A stretch of 64,000 nucleotides of DNA from contig NW_024704743.1 of the NCBI RefSeq assembly GCF_018977255.1, forward strand, positions 46,192,001-46,256,000, in the 5' to 3' direction. This DNA comes from Callorhinchus milii. Taxonomy: Eukaryota. Shown here in pieces: positions 12,530 through 25,079 of this stretch. Positions within the stretch are counted from its first letter, which is position 1; each line of letters opens with the position of its first letter. The translations under genes were made by a program, and so were the position numbers. The notes beneath the pieces are model-generated. The model saw only the letters and a list, made by a program, of their open reading frames with translations. It was not told the origin of the DNA and did no database searches.

Positions 12530-13040
12530 TTAAATTAAGTCCACGCATCACAGCCTGCACCATCCACCATGTTGACAAATTAAAGAAACTTAACAGCTCG
12601 GCATCTTTGTGGAGCGGTTGGTTACTGAAATTGAAGTGAAATATTGGCATCTAGAAGCCCTATTAGCTGTACATCCTGTGACCTTCTGGATCCAGTTTGC
12701 AGTGGTGGCCTATGAGGTGCGACTGTTACCTGTCTCTCGTGTCTCGGTAACGTGGCCAAAGGATGTTCAGTGGGCTTCTGTGATTGTGACTGCCAGAGAA
12801 ACAGGTTACATTGTGACTATCAGAGAGGGTGATTGCAGGTCAGGATTCAAGAGATGCCATACATCACTGAGCACATCTCGGCTGAGTAGAAAGCAACAAA
12901 GACATTGCTGCTCTGTCAATGCCAAACTGTTGGCTTTCAGCCTATAAATTCTCCTAAAATAACAATCTCTGTTCTCTTTCCTCTTTTTTTCATGCTGCTG
13001 TAAAGCAAATATGAGAAGCACTCGATTCACAGGTGGGTAT
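12530..13040 (-). pseudogene. PIF/Harbinger transposase fossil, N-terminal part
   Basis: RRIYRLKANSLALTEQQCLCCFLLSRDVLSDVWHLLNPDLQ...PVSLAVTI and IFHF...MVQAVMRG resemble the HARBI1-like YRxRxxxLxLSDEQCLRRFRLSR...LxPDL...LPV...FP...VQGAIDG. Confidence 0.65.
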
Positions 13041-13044
13041 TTAA

Positions 13045-13812
13045 AGAAGTGGGGGGTAAGCAAGGCGGATAGGTAGGGAGGTGCAAGGGCATGAACTGAT
13101 TTGAAAACGAGTGAGAGAATCTTGAAATCGATCCATTCGGTAATAGAGAGCCAGTGGAGCCTGACAAGGACTGGTGTGATGGGGGTACGGAGTTTTGTGC
13201 GGGTGAGTATCTGGGTGGCGGAGTTTTGAATTAACTGAATTTTGTGTGTGGTGGAGCTGGGGAGACCAGTGAGGAGGGCATTGAAATAGTCCAGCCGGGA
13301 AGTGCCGAAGGCGTGGACGAGGGTTTCGGCTGTGTTGGTTGTGAGGTACAGACGGAGGTGGTTAATCTGATGGAGGTGGAAAAAAGCAGTCTTGGTCAGG
13401 GAACTGATGTGGGGTAGAAAATAAAGCTGGGGATCGAATCTGATGCTTTAATTGTGCATGGGTTCAGAGAGTCTGAGGGAGAGCCCGGGGTGGTTGAAGA
13501 GTTCAGATCTGTAGGAAAGAAGCCGTTGACGGGGGCCAAAGAGTATGGCTTCCATCTTGCCGACATTCAGCTGCAGGAAACCTGCACTGATCTATGCTTT
13601 AATGTCCATCAGACAAGCTGACAGGACATCAGCGGACTGGAAGTCGCAGCTGGAGGAGGAGAAGTAGATTTGGATGTCATCCGCATACATGTGGAAGTTG
13701 ATCCCATGTCTGTGGATGACATCGTCGAGAGGGAGCATGTAATTGAAGAAAAGAAGAGGGCCAAGGATGGAGCCTTGGGGTGCCCTGGCTGATGGGGCAG
13801 TAGGAAAAAACA
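13045..13812 (-). mobile_element. L2 ORF2 C-terminal fragment
   Basis: ORF 13592-13813: PQGSILGPLLFFNYMLPL...FHMYADDIQIY. Confidence 0.92.
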
Positions 13813-14959
13813 TTTAGCGAGATGAATTGTTGGTGGTTTGTTAAGTAGGACTAACCGGGCTCGTGCGATCCCACTAAAGTATCTGATCCCAAAATAAGTG
13901 GACAACAACAACTTGAATTTATATAGCGCTGTACACTGGCAGGTTTGACGCTGAGCGGGAGAGAAGAGGTGGTCTTAGGCACGGATAAAGAGGTAGGTGT
14001 TAAAAAATGGACCTCATGGGTTATTGTGTAAAGTTATAATCAATAATCCTTGCATTTGATATAGCCCCTTATTACGTCTTCTAGATGTCTCAAAGCGCTT
14101 CACAGAATATACTGTAAAGTGAATTGGCTGTATGTATTTGTGTGGGCAAAAGGTGAATAAAGTTAATACCTGGATGTGAGAGTTGATTTCTCTGAGCGTT
14201 AATGTGGTACCTCCTGTAATTCCTATGCTGGAGATTCAAATTTAACTCCTGTATGAGACACAATTAAAATGATTATTGTAATACTCCCAGCTCATCATTA
14301 AAAATAACTAACTGGTAACCTTCTACTATAGGCGAGCCTGTCACATATCGCCTTATTTACAATTTTGCTGGTCTTTGAATTAAATGAGCATTTTATGTGT
14401 ATGTTTTTCAGCTTTAGCCATGTTCCTGATACCTGCAATACCTCATTTTAACTACACTAGGTTTTTCATTGGATGATTATTCATCCAAGAAATAAAATGA
14501 ACATGTGAGAGTAAAACTAAATGTATTCAGGTGGATTCCCAGTTTTGCATTGTTTAGATTTTCTAGCTCTTATTTCTAGGACAAAATATTTTGAATTACC
14601 ATTGACAACATTATGTATTTATTGATTTATTTGTAAATCATGATACTTGCGTCTGAAATACAAGTGCCTTTGGAAAACCTTTTGCAATATGGATGAATAA
14701 AACTGTAGTCTTGCCAGTAATCACATTGGTAAGAACCTATGGAAGGTAGAGGTTGGATTGGCTCCCCATGCCCCATATGAGCCAAATGACCTATTTAGTC
14801 TCACATTTCTGTTCCATTACTTTAGCAAAGAGATTCTTCATTGATAGCTCATAACTGGAGCTAATAGCGTATCCAACATGCAATTATTCGTGCGTACTAA
14901 TGTGAATATTGCTGTGGTAAGCTTTGCGACAGTACATACAGAAATAACATACATTTTAT

Positions 14960-15757
14960 AGCACTTCATCGCATTGATGTTGGCAAGACAGAAGCCACAT
15001 TCTTCGGCTCCTGTCAACTTCTTCTCTCCTGCGGATCTGAACTTAGCCTCCCAGGCTCTCCCTCAGACTCAATGAATCCATGCGCAACATAGGCGTCAGG
15101 TTCGATCCCCAGCTTTCCTTTTTACCCCACATCCGTTCCCTGACCAGGACTGCTTTTTTCCTATTTTTCTCTGTCTGTACCTCACAATGCAGCCAAAACC
15201 TCAACCACACCCTTTGTCACTTTCCACCTGGACTATTCTGATACCCTCCTTACTGGTCTCCCCAGCTCCACTATACACAAAATCCAATTAAATCCCAAAC
15301 TCTGCCACCCGGACACTCACCTGCACAAAACTCCGTACCCCCATGACACCAGTTGTTTTCAGGCTTCACTGGCTCCTAATTATGGAACAGATCGATTTCA
15401 AGATCCTTTCACTTATTTTCAAATCCCTTCATGCTCTTGCACCTCCCTACCTATCTGACCTGCTTACTCCCCACTCTCCCACCCGCTGCCTCTGCTCAGC
15501 TGGCTCCGGCCTCCTGTTTGTCCCTCATCCCCTCCGCACCACCATCGGTGTCCGTGCCTTCAGCCACTATGCCCCTCCACCTCCACCTTGCCCCCTCCCT
15601 CCTCACCTTCAAATCACACCTGAAGACCTTTTTTGATTATGCTTACAGTATCCTACCACTTCCCTCTCCCCTTGGCTCATTGTCAGTCTTCGCCACTGTC
15701 AAGCACTCCGGGACTCTACCTCGCGTGAAGGGCGCTATATAAATGTAAGTTGTTGTA
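14960..15757 (+). mobile_element. L2 3' portion
   Basis: ORF 15343 TPVVFRLHWLLIMEQIDFKIL; tail gggcgctatataaatgtaagttgttg. Confidence 0.9.
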
Positions 15758-16544
15758 TTGATATGTTGCAAGTGGCAAGTGGAGTGACTTTTTTTCAGAG
15801 CCAAATGCAGCACCTATTTTTCTCAGCAAGTTCCCATCAACAGTCATGTATTTGTGGGAATAATCAATTAATGTAGTTGATGAGTTGCTACAGTTCACCT
15901 GGGTCTTTTGAAATAGTGTCTTGAGATCTTTAATGGCAACTGAACAGGCATTTTGGCAGACGTCTCCAGATTTCTTCCAAATAGTAGGAAAGCTCTTTTA
16001 ACAGGCATTGTGGATTTTCTCCCAATCTTATGAAGGGTAACACTCTGCAATTCTAAGTGTGCCTCTAAATTCTAAGTATGCCTTTCTTAAAGCAGAGACC
16101 CTGTGGAATAAGCTTAAGGACGTAAGCTTAAGCCCAGAAATATCACATCCGCGACACACGAAACTCTACCCTTAGCTGTGCACCAGTCTCTGTGGACAAT
16201 TCCTGTTTCACTACTGGTTACCATTCTACAGTATTTTCAGGAATTTGATCTGCTATACAAATGTAATTTTGTTGTTGTTGATAAGCCAAGGTTTGGGCCT
16301 CAGTTACTGGGAGCTAAAGGACTATGGCAGGAACAAAGAGCACTCTTACCCAGGCCTTGTCAAATTTCTTTGCTAGCATAGCATAGGAACATAAGCTTTC
16401 TACCACATTGAGTGGTATAATACCTTAGGCAATGCTTTTAACGTGATTGATGGCAGGATGGGTCAGAATTCTGGCTCTTTTAAAATGAAGATTATAAACC
16501 CAGCCTGCTGGAGTGATGTTAAGGTTAGTACTAGGATGTCAGAG

Positions 16545-16770
16545 CAGTTCAGCCACTATGCCCCGAGGCTCTGGAACTGCCTTCCTCACTCCCTTCGTCT
16601 CGCTCCTCCCTTCCCATTTTCAGGTCGCTGCTGAAGACCTTTCTTTTCGACCGCGCCTTTGTTCACCTTCCCCCCACTTCCCCTGGCTCGTTCCCGGGAT
16701 CCGAAACTGTAAAGTGCTCTGAGACGCTACCCTGTGTGGAGGGCACTATATAAGTGCAAGTTATTGTTGT
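16545..16770 (+). mobile_element. L2 3' end
   Basis: FSHYAPRLWNCLP plus the L2 tail. Confidence 0.85.
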
Positions 16771-19700
16771 CGATTAGTATTTTGTCCTTATCACTACCGG
16801 TCCTTTGCAATCAAAAGGTGGTTCTTCTGAATCATTTGAAGTGTATGAGGATATCATCTGCTCAAGTTAAAGGAACTGAGACTGTATGTGTTGCCTGCAC
16901 AAAATAAGGTTGATATCTGATAATAATTCTTGCATTTGATCACATGATCAGTAGAATTCAATATTTTATATTTTTAGCCAAAATTGTACCCCATAATTAT
17001 TATATTAGCAAAATGTTCTTCAATTGTTATATCATGGGTAAAACAGACAATCTAACAAGTAAAATACTGAATGTCTGTTGTTACCAGATACCTGATTTGT
17101 GCAGGCTACTGAAAGCACAGTGTTATTGAGCATTTCCCAACAAGTTACATACAAAGTAACTGATGCTGATGATGAGAGAAGAAGACCTGAATGTGGCCTT
17201 GAAGTGTTCTTATATGGTGCATTGGAGTATTCATGTATGGCATCATTGGACAATCATAGGAAGCTTACAGCACAAAAGAGGCCATTCATTGTATTGTGCC
17301 TGGCCTGGTGCCACCTCCCCATTGGAGCTTATGACTAACCGTAAGTTCTACAATTTTTTTAATTCTCATAAACGACAGGCATCTGGTTATTTCGCTGGTT
17401 GGATTGATCCTTGTGCCCATGAAAAAACAACTGAAGAGCATTTTGTTAAACACAATTATGGGGCAAAATTTTGTTTGAAAATTTGAAATAAACACTGAAT
17501 TCACCACAGCAGATATAAACTTTGTTTGTGCCACATGAATCAATTTTGGGACTCATTGTTTGATCTTTGATTCTCTGTAGTTCTGGGTAATCTATAATTT
17601 CTTTAATTTCCTTGGTCTCCGACAAGCCATCTACGTGCAGTGGTGGAGCTAGAAATAAGTTCTAATTGAAGCTAATGGTAACAACATCAGATGCACAATA
17701 ATTCTCATAGCCTTAACCGTAAAATTTACATTATGCAAAATTTTGGCACAATATCTGAAATTCATTCATAATTTTGAAGCTGATTCAGAAGGGAGATGTA
17801 CCACAGAACTCAAAAAGAACTGCAGAAAATCAATTTTTAAGTTGAGATTACATTTATGACTATTATGACTAAGCCTCTGCCTTTAATCCAAGTCGATCTT
17901 CATTTGCTTCAAACAGTTTACTCTTAGAAAGTGAATCTTCCACCTGACTTTGTTTGCTAAAATGAAACAACCAACCTCTTTATTGGGGGTAAACTGTGCA
18001 TTGCTTCTTCTAACTTCTCTAGAATTCAGTTAATACAGTATTCCATACAGGTTTGCACTTAAATAGTACTGATTCGTAGCTCCTTTTTTTACAGGAATAT
18101 ATCATGAAGTTCAAACATGGTCTGGTCTTTTGAGCTCTTGCTGTTTTGATCCCAGTTCCTTTGATCTTCTGATGAAGATCAAAGAAGCAATTGGGATGAA
18201 ACAACCAGTGGAGCTGTAACTATGATCGTTTGTACAAAATACCATTATATCTAGGTGAGGGGTTATATTACACCCAGACAGAATTAATAGGTTGAGTCCA
18301 TCAGACACTGATCTCTACCATTATTGATTGTTGTGTTAATATTGTATTCTCATACGCTCAGCATATATTTGTCCTAACAATCAGTACAGAATACACTTCT
18401 TTGTATCTCCCCATTTTCCACTCTGCTTCATCTCCATACTTCCTGATTGGATCCACCAATCTCTAGTCCCATCTAACAGTATGGAAGGACTTTTTTTTGT
18501 AAAGAAGTAGAGGAAACTCAACCGTAGCAGAACCTATCTCAGTTTGTTTCCTCTTCTGCTGAGTTAAAATGCTGTTAGTCACTAGCATTTGCAAATACAA
18601 ATCAGCATTTGTGAGCAGGCACTCCCCAGGGCTCTCCCTTTCGTGCAACAGACAGAGTCCTGAGCACAGCTGGTGACATTTGTCAAGTGAGAAGAATGTT
18701 GTGTTTCATGACGTGTTCTTGGTGATATGATGATTATTACTAGGAAACATTGCACATTTCTCCCTACGCACAATTAGTTTTACTGGAGTGCTTCTATAGT
18801 AATAGATGACAGATTAACCTTGTGATACCTTTGAGGTGTGAAAGAAGTGCCACTGGTGAGAGATCTTTTATTTACTGTGTTCATCGTGGCCAAAACACTA
18901 ACGGGGAGAAATTCTTCCTAGTTCTGGATTTATGAAGCATTTTAAAGCATTGTTGAATTCAGTCTTAACATTGAAGTAATTTTTGTGTAGTTCTTAAAAG
19001 AATCTTAGAGAAAACTGACTTCCGAGTGTGCTTACTTAATTGTGAACACTCTAAAATATGGCATAAAAAGAGTAAATCTAGAGCCAGCTGGAATTTCTCC
19101 CTGTCAATTGCCTAACAAATTGCAAAACATTTTGTTTCCAGCCACTATTAAATATTTTGTGGCCAGTTATTATGGCTTCTAGTTACTCAGGAGTCTGATT
19201 TTAAATGATCCAGAAACATTGCTCCTAACCATCACGTATTTCAGTCAGACAGTTCAGAGTTTCCTAAATGTCAAACATCTGACATAGTCATACCCAAATC
19301 CAGTGAGTTTAATAAATACCATGTACAATTTAATTAAAACCATTCAAGTGGAGATTGTGCAAAATCCCTGCTAAATAGTCCGCTCAAGGCTGAAATGATT
19401 TAATATACAATGTTCACACTGAGGTTTATCATGCAGTGTTTGCTATCTTTAGAGATTTTTTTACTTCTGTGTTTTTAAGGACAATCTCAGTATAAAGTTG
19501 CAAATATGAGCTTGTTACAGATAATGAACTCCATGTTGTCAAGTCCATTGTCTCACAGTATATAATATAAATGTATCATGATGATTATAAGAACAGGAGT
19601 TAGCTATTTCACTCATCAAAATAGTTCTGCCATTTTATTAGGTGATGGCAGATTGTTTAATCTCATTTTTCTATCTTTTTGCCAGCAAAATGTAAAATGC

Positions 19701-19999
19701 AAAGTTACTATACTTTATATTAAATCCTGTGAAGCATTTTGAGACATCCTCCTGACATGAAAGGCACCATGTTGAATGCAAGGAGTAATTATTTTTCAGC
19801 ATATTCCTTAACAACAGCTTGCTTTAATACAGTGTATTTCACACAGGAGCCCTGAAATTCCTTATTTTGTGAGTGTATTTTCATCCACTTTTTAAAAATT
19901 TCCATTCCCAATGATTCTGCATCTATGTCTTCTGTGGGTGTGCCTTCTACACCGATTGTATTGTGAAAAGATTCTAATCTTATTATAAAAAGTGCCTCA

Positions 20000-20285
20000 A
20001 AGATAGTAATAATCCTCGCATTTGATATAGTGTCTTAACAAAACAAAATTACATTTGAACTCCATTCTCTTTTTAGATAGTGCCATGGGCTCTTTAAGGT
20101 CCACCTGAATCAAAGGGGGCTTCAGTTTAGCATCTCATCTGAAGGATGGCATCTCTAACAATGCAGCACACAGCCCCAGCACTGCAATGGCGTGTCATCT
20201 GATAGTGTGCAAGTTCACAGTCCTTATGTGGGCCACAACCTTCTGACAGAGATGAGATTGCTACAGCTGAACCTGGCTGACACAC
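20000..20285 (-). mobile_element. Older DeuSINE fragment
   Basis: tagtgccatgggctctttaaggtccacctga...catctcatctgaaggatggcatctc. Confidence 0.75.
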
Positions 20286-20294
20286 AAGTCAACG

Positions 20295-20545
20295 TGCAGG
20301 ATGGTGTACGTGAGCCATTATATCCAAATCAGCTCCTGCCCTAATACAATGTCCCCATACTCACTTTGCAGGTAAGATCATTACAAGCCCCCCTCTATAA
20401 TTACTCTGAAGGTACTTTACTCAGTCAAAGCACCTTAAATGCCACATCAGCTGAGATCCACTGACAGCATGACCCAGTGTAAATCAAATCTAGGATAATC
20501 CTGAATTTAACAGATCAGATGGTGAATTTACTCCCTGAGCCATTT
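20295..20545 (-). mobile_element. Ancient tRNA-headed SINE relic; related pieces at ~51880-51930 and ~57790-57930
   Basis: The minus strand begins atggctcagggagtaaattcaccat and contains gatctcagctga. Family identity (AmnSINE2-like) is from memory. Confidence 0.45.
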
Positions 20546-21039
20546 GGAGTTCCTTGCTTTGAGAACATTAAATAGGATGTTGCCTTTCATTATTGAAATT
20601 ATGAATGATGAAAATATTTATTTTAACTTCAATGTAGTTTATGGTTACCCTGTTAGGCTTGATATTAAGTGAGCTGTGCTGTATGAGGAGTAATTGAAGT
20701 ACTGAATCCTTTCTGTCCCAGTCTGTTTCCCATGAACTAAATGGGGATGATTTGGAAACTATGAGGAGGAAAAACAAAAACTATTTAAAGATTATTTTAT
20801 ACTATTATGATAATCATGGTCCAGGCAACATATTGAACTATACATATAATAACATTCCTCAGTGACAGTACTAGATAAGGTCTATCATCGAAATAACTGA
20901 GTCTTTGGCAGATTTATAAGGAAACAGCTGAGATATAGGTGGCCATTGTTTTTCGAGCTGTAGTAGTGTTATATGCTGCCAAGTATGAAAGAGAAGGGCC
21001 CCTTGCTGACTAAGCAAAGGTACCGAGCCTTCATTGCTT

Positions 21040-21490
21040 AACAATGATAACCTACACTTTTGTAGCATTTTCACACAGGAAAAAGTCTCAAAGTTTTCAA
21101 AAATTGAATGGAAGATTAAGCTAAGGAGGGAAATATGGTTAAATATGGTTATCATGTGGTTAAAGAGATACAGGTTTTTGAAATCCGAGGAGAGTGAGGA
21201 AGCGGAGGGGTTTCGGTAAAGAATTCCCGAAGGAGAGGGCAAAGTGGCTGAAAATGTGGCTGTCAATGGTAGGGTAGAGTGGGTAGGGATTATGAAAGAG
21301 ACTGGGGGATGTGGACTGGCGTGATTGGTTGGGGAAATTGGGTGGCAGGCAATTGCAGAGATACATTTGGGCAAGGCTGAAGGCTGTGGAGACATTTTAA
21401 AGTAAGGATGAGAATCTCAAAAGTTAATTGTCTGGCAGGTAGGTAATCAGTGGAGCTGGGCAAGGAAGGGGATGATGGGGTGTGACAGGG
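21040..21490 (-). mobile_element. L2 3' fragment, decayed
   Basis: Antisense L2 C-terminus (FSHFALSFGNSLP) and tail. Confidence 0.75.
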
Positions 21491-22266
21491 GGATAAATCT
21501 GTCCCTGTTTTCTATGGATATAGCTGCTCCACTTATCCGTAGAAACGTGAAGGTTGTTTTTTTGACGTGTAAAAATAAGTTGTCTCAATCTGTGCAGCTA
21601 ACAGTGGCTGGACTCCAATCAGGCGTGATTGACGTTCCAGGCATAATTGTAAATTGGGCACCAGCCACTTGCTAATGAATCACTATACATATAAGTGTAG
21701 AACTGGGTGCAAGAAGGAGGTGGGAGAGCTTCGTAGAAGATGACTGTACAAAGCAATGGCTTCCTTATCTAGCTAAAACCAGCCTTTTTTTTGTTTTAAA
21801 ATCCTTGGTGCAAATTTGTTTTCTGGCGTGACCCTCACCTTCCTACATAGGGTTTGAAAGCTAGTATGGATAGGATACAGGCTGTAGAGTTCCTGATGGC
21901 CTGGAGTTTGTAAAAGGGGGAGCGGTGAAGGTTGGTCTTGAAAATATTGATTTGGGAGTTGACAAAGGTGCGGATGATGATTATGGCTGTGTTGGAGGTG
22001 GTCGATGTTGTGACAGTTGCAATATCCCTAAGGAGATTAATAATCGCCTTCAGTAATATTCCACCATGATGCCCCTTTTGGTTCAAAACATAATAAGCTT
22101 CAGCGAAAAAATTGCAGCAGGTAATGTAATAAATGTCACATGGTACAGAATTTGCAGTATCTTTTATCTTGTAATTAATGATTAGTTTGGAGTTGGACAA
22201 CTGCAAATTTGTGCTTGTGATAATAAGCACTGGTGATAATTATCACATCACACACAATTATCACTT

Positions 22267-23925
22267 CATAGATTCATAGAATGTTATGGCACAGAAGGAG
22301 GCCATTCGGCCCATCGAGTCTGTGCCGGCTCTTTGACAGAGCAAGTCACTTTTACTAACCCCAATCACCAGCTTTCTCCCCATAACCCTGCAAACCCGTC
22401 TTCCCCAGATATCTATCCAGTTCTCTCTTAAAAGCTGTTATCGAATCGGACTTCACTACTCTTTCAGGCAGATCATTCCAAATTCGAACAACTCGCTGAG
22501 TGAAAAAATGTCTTCTAACCTCCCCTCTGCTTCTTTTGGTAGATATCTTAAGACTGTGACCACGGGTCACACACACCTACCAGCGGAAACAGCTTTTCCT
22601 TATCTAGCCTGTTGAAACCTTTCATGATCTTGAAGACCTCTATCAGGTCCCCGTGTAACCTTCTCTGCTCTAATGGTAAAGTCCTAACTTCTCCAGCTGT
22701 CCTCATAGCTAAGGTTCACCATTCCTGGTATCATTCTCGTGAATCTCCTCTGCACCTTTTCCAGTGCCTTAATGTCCTTCCTGAAGTAAGGTGCCCAGAA
22801 CTGGACACAGTACTCCAGCTGAGGCCTAACTAGTGTTTTGTATAGATTAACCATAACCTCCCTACTCTTATACTCTATACCCCTACTAATAAAGCTCAGT
22901 ACACCAAATGCCTTTTTTACTGCCTTATCTACCTGTCCCGCTACCTTTAATGATTCGTTTACTTGTACACCCAGATCTCTCTGTACATTCACCCCCCTTA
23001 AGATTGAGCTACCAAGTCTATATTGCCTCCTATCATTTTTCCTACCTAAGTGTATCACCTCACACTTATCCACATTGAAATCCATCTGCCACATGTCAGC
23101 CCATTCCACCATTCTGTGTATGTCTACTTGCAGTTGGTTACAGTCCTCACTGTTTACTACCGAAGTTAGGCTGACTGGCCTGTAATTTCCAGGTTTGTCT
23201 TCCTGCCCCTCTTTGTAGAGGGGGGTAACATTAGCCACTTTCCAGTCTCTTGGCACCACTCCTGTGTCCAATAAAGATTGAAATATAATGGCCAAAGCCT
23301 CCGCTATTTGAACCCGTATCTCCCACAGCAACCTTGGGTGAAACCCATCTGGTCCTGGTGACTTATCAATTTTGAGCCCAGTCAATCTTTTCAGAACTTC
23401 CTCTCTGTCTATAGTAATCTGATCTATTTCCTCTACCTTCTCATCCAATACTGAGGCATTTGGGGCATCCATTTTCGTTGTGAAGACAGATGCAAAGTAC
23501 TTGTTCAGTACATCAGCCATGCCCTCTGCCTCCACAACAAGATTGCAGTCACTGTCTTTGATTGGTCCCACCCTACCTTTAACTAACCTTTTTTCCTTTA
23601 TGTGCTTGTAAAATATTTTAGGATTCCCCTTTATGTTACCCGCTAACCTCTTCTCATGCGATCTGTTAGCCTGTCTTATCACTCTTTTAAGATCACTCCT
23701 GCATTCTCTATAATGCTCTTTGCTATCCTCAGTATCTTGCATCTTCCAATTGTCGTACGCCGCCTTCTTCTGTTTCATCCTAGACAGAATATCCCTGGTC
23801 ATCCAGGCTGGCTTGGTTGTTGCACATTTCCCTTTTGTGGGAATATATCTATTTAGACCTTGAGCTATCATATCTTTGAAGATTTCCCACTGCTCATGAG
23901 TCGTTTTACCTGCTAGTCTTACTTG
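22267..23925 (-). mobile_element. 5'-truncated CR1 LINE with an in-frame deletion of most of the RT domain (395-aa residual ORF 22684-23871)
   Basis: KSPGPDGFHPRLL, WKVANVTPLYK, NYRPVSLTSVV joined directly to NSEDCNQLQ, then LYKTLVRPQLEYCVQFWAP; CATAGATT/CATAGAAT tail. Confidence 0.95.
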
Positions 23926-25079
23926 CGCTGCTATTTTGCTAGTCTTCCTTCATCTCAAAGGTGTATCTGCAACCTACTCATTGGATGGTCTACCTGATTG
24001 CATTGCCTCACATTCATGAAGGGAATTTATTGTATTGCTTCTCAGCTACAAAGATATTTAGTTCAGAAATTTGGTAAAAGTATTCTTTACATTTTACACC
24101 TATATATTTGAAACATCTCAAAGCATTTTACCAGGAATTGCAGTCAATTGTCATGACTATATGTTTGTAGACCAACACAACAGCCAATTTATCCAGCTGC
24201 AATAATGCTTATCACATCCAATACATAAAATAGAGAGATGCACATTAAATCCACTTTTATCCAGACATATAGTATATGTAACAGGATGGCTGTAGTGTCT
24301 TCACTGTCTGACGCTCTTGTATTATTCCAGCGTGGAGGAGAATTTGAACTTATGCTCCCATTGTCCATTGAGACAAAATAAGTCAGTTGGCACCACTCTT
24401 TTCTGACTAAAATTTAATTTAACTTCACCGATACAACCTCAACATTAGCATTAAAAGTTGCAAGAACTGTACCTGTGTGCTGCACCTCCCCCACTTGGTC
24501 TCCAGCAGAAGCAACTGTTATATAAACAGCGTTTCTCCGGTGAATCCTCTGGATGGTACACAGGCCTATGAGAATTCTGGCTGAAATTCCACCTTGTCTT
24601 AGACTGTTAAATGCCCTAGATAACCTGGCATTAGGAAATTTCTCCTGCTGTTCTGGCTAACAATCCCCTAAGGTTAAAAATCGGTCATTCACTTTCCAGC
24701 TGTTTTGTAGGACATAACTGTGCACTGATTGACTGCTGCATTCACCTTCAAAAAGAGTCACTAAACCTCACGGAAAAGCTCTGTGAAGCGCTATTTGGAA
24801 GGGTTCGACATGATAAAGCATGTCAAAAAAGCCTCAATATATATTAAAAATATGAATGACTGGGTCCGGTGTCTCGGGTCAACTTCTGGGTCATCAGATT
24901 ACTGGGAACATCACTTTCCTGCACACAAGTGCTATTTGCAGGAAGTGCCAATGACATCACTTTCTTTACAAAGTGAAGTTAGAGGCATTTCGTAAGAATT
25001 ATACAGCACAGAAGGAGGCCATTCGACCCATCGTGTCTGTGCCGGCTCTTTTAAAGGAGTTATCCAAATTGATCCCTCT

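Noticed and set aside
12609..12947. 112-aa plus-strand ORF
   Set aside because: Antisense shadow of the Harbinger transposase remnant.
17116..17160. CACAGTG heptamer as a possible V(D)J recombination signal
   Set aside because: No nonamer at 12- or 23-bp spacing and no V/J-like coding segment nearby.
20871..22230. 174-aa (20871-21395) and 131-aa (21835-22230) minus-strand ORFs
   Set aside because: Largely off-frame readings of decayed L2 sequence.
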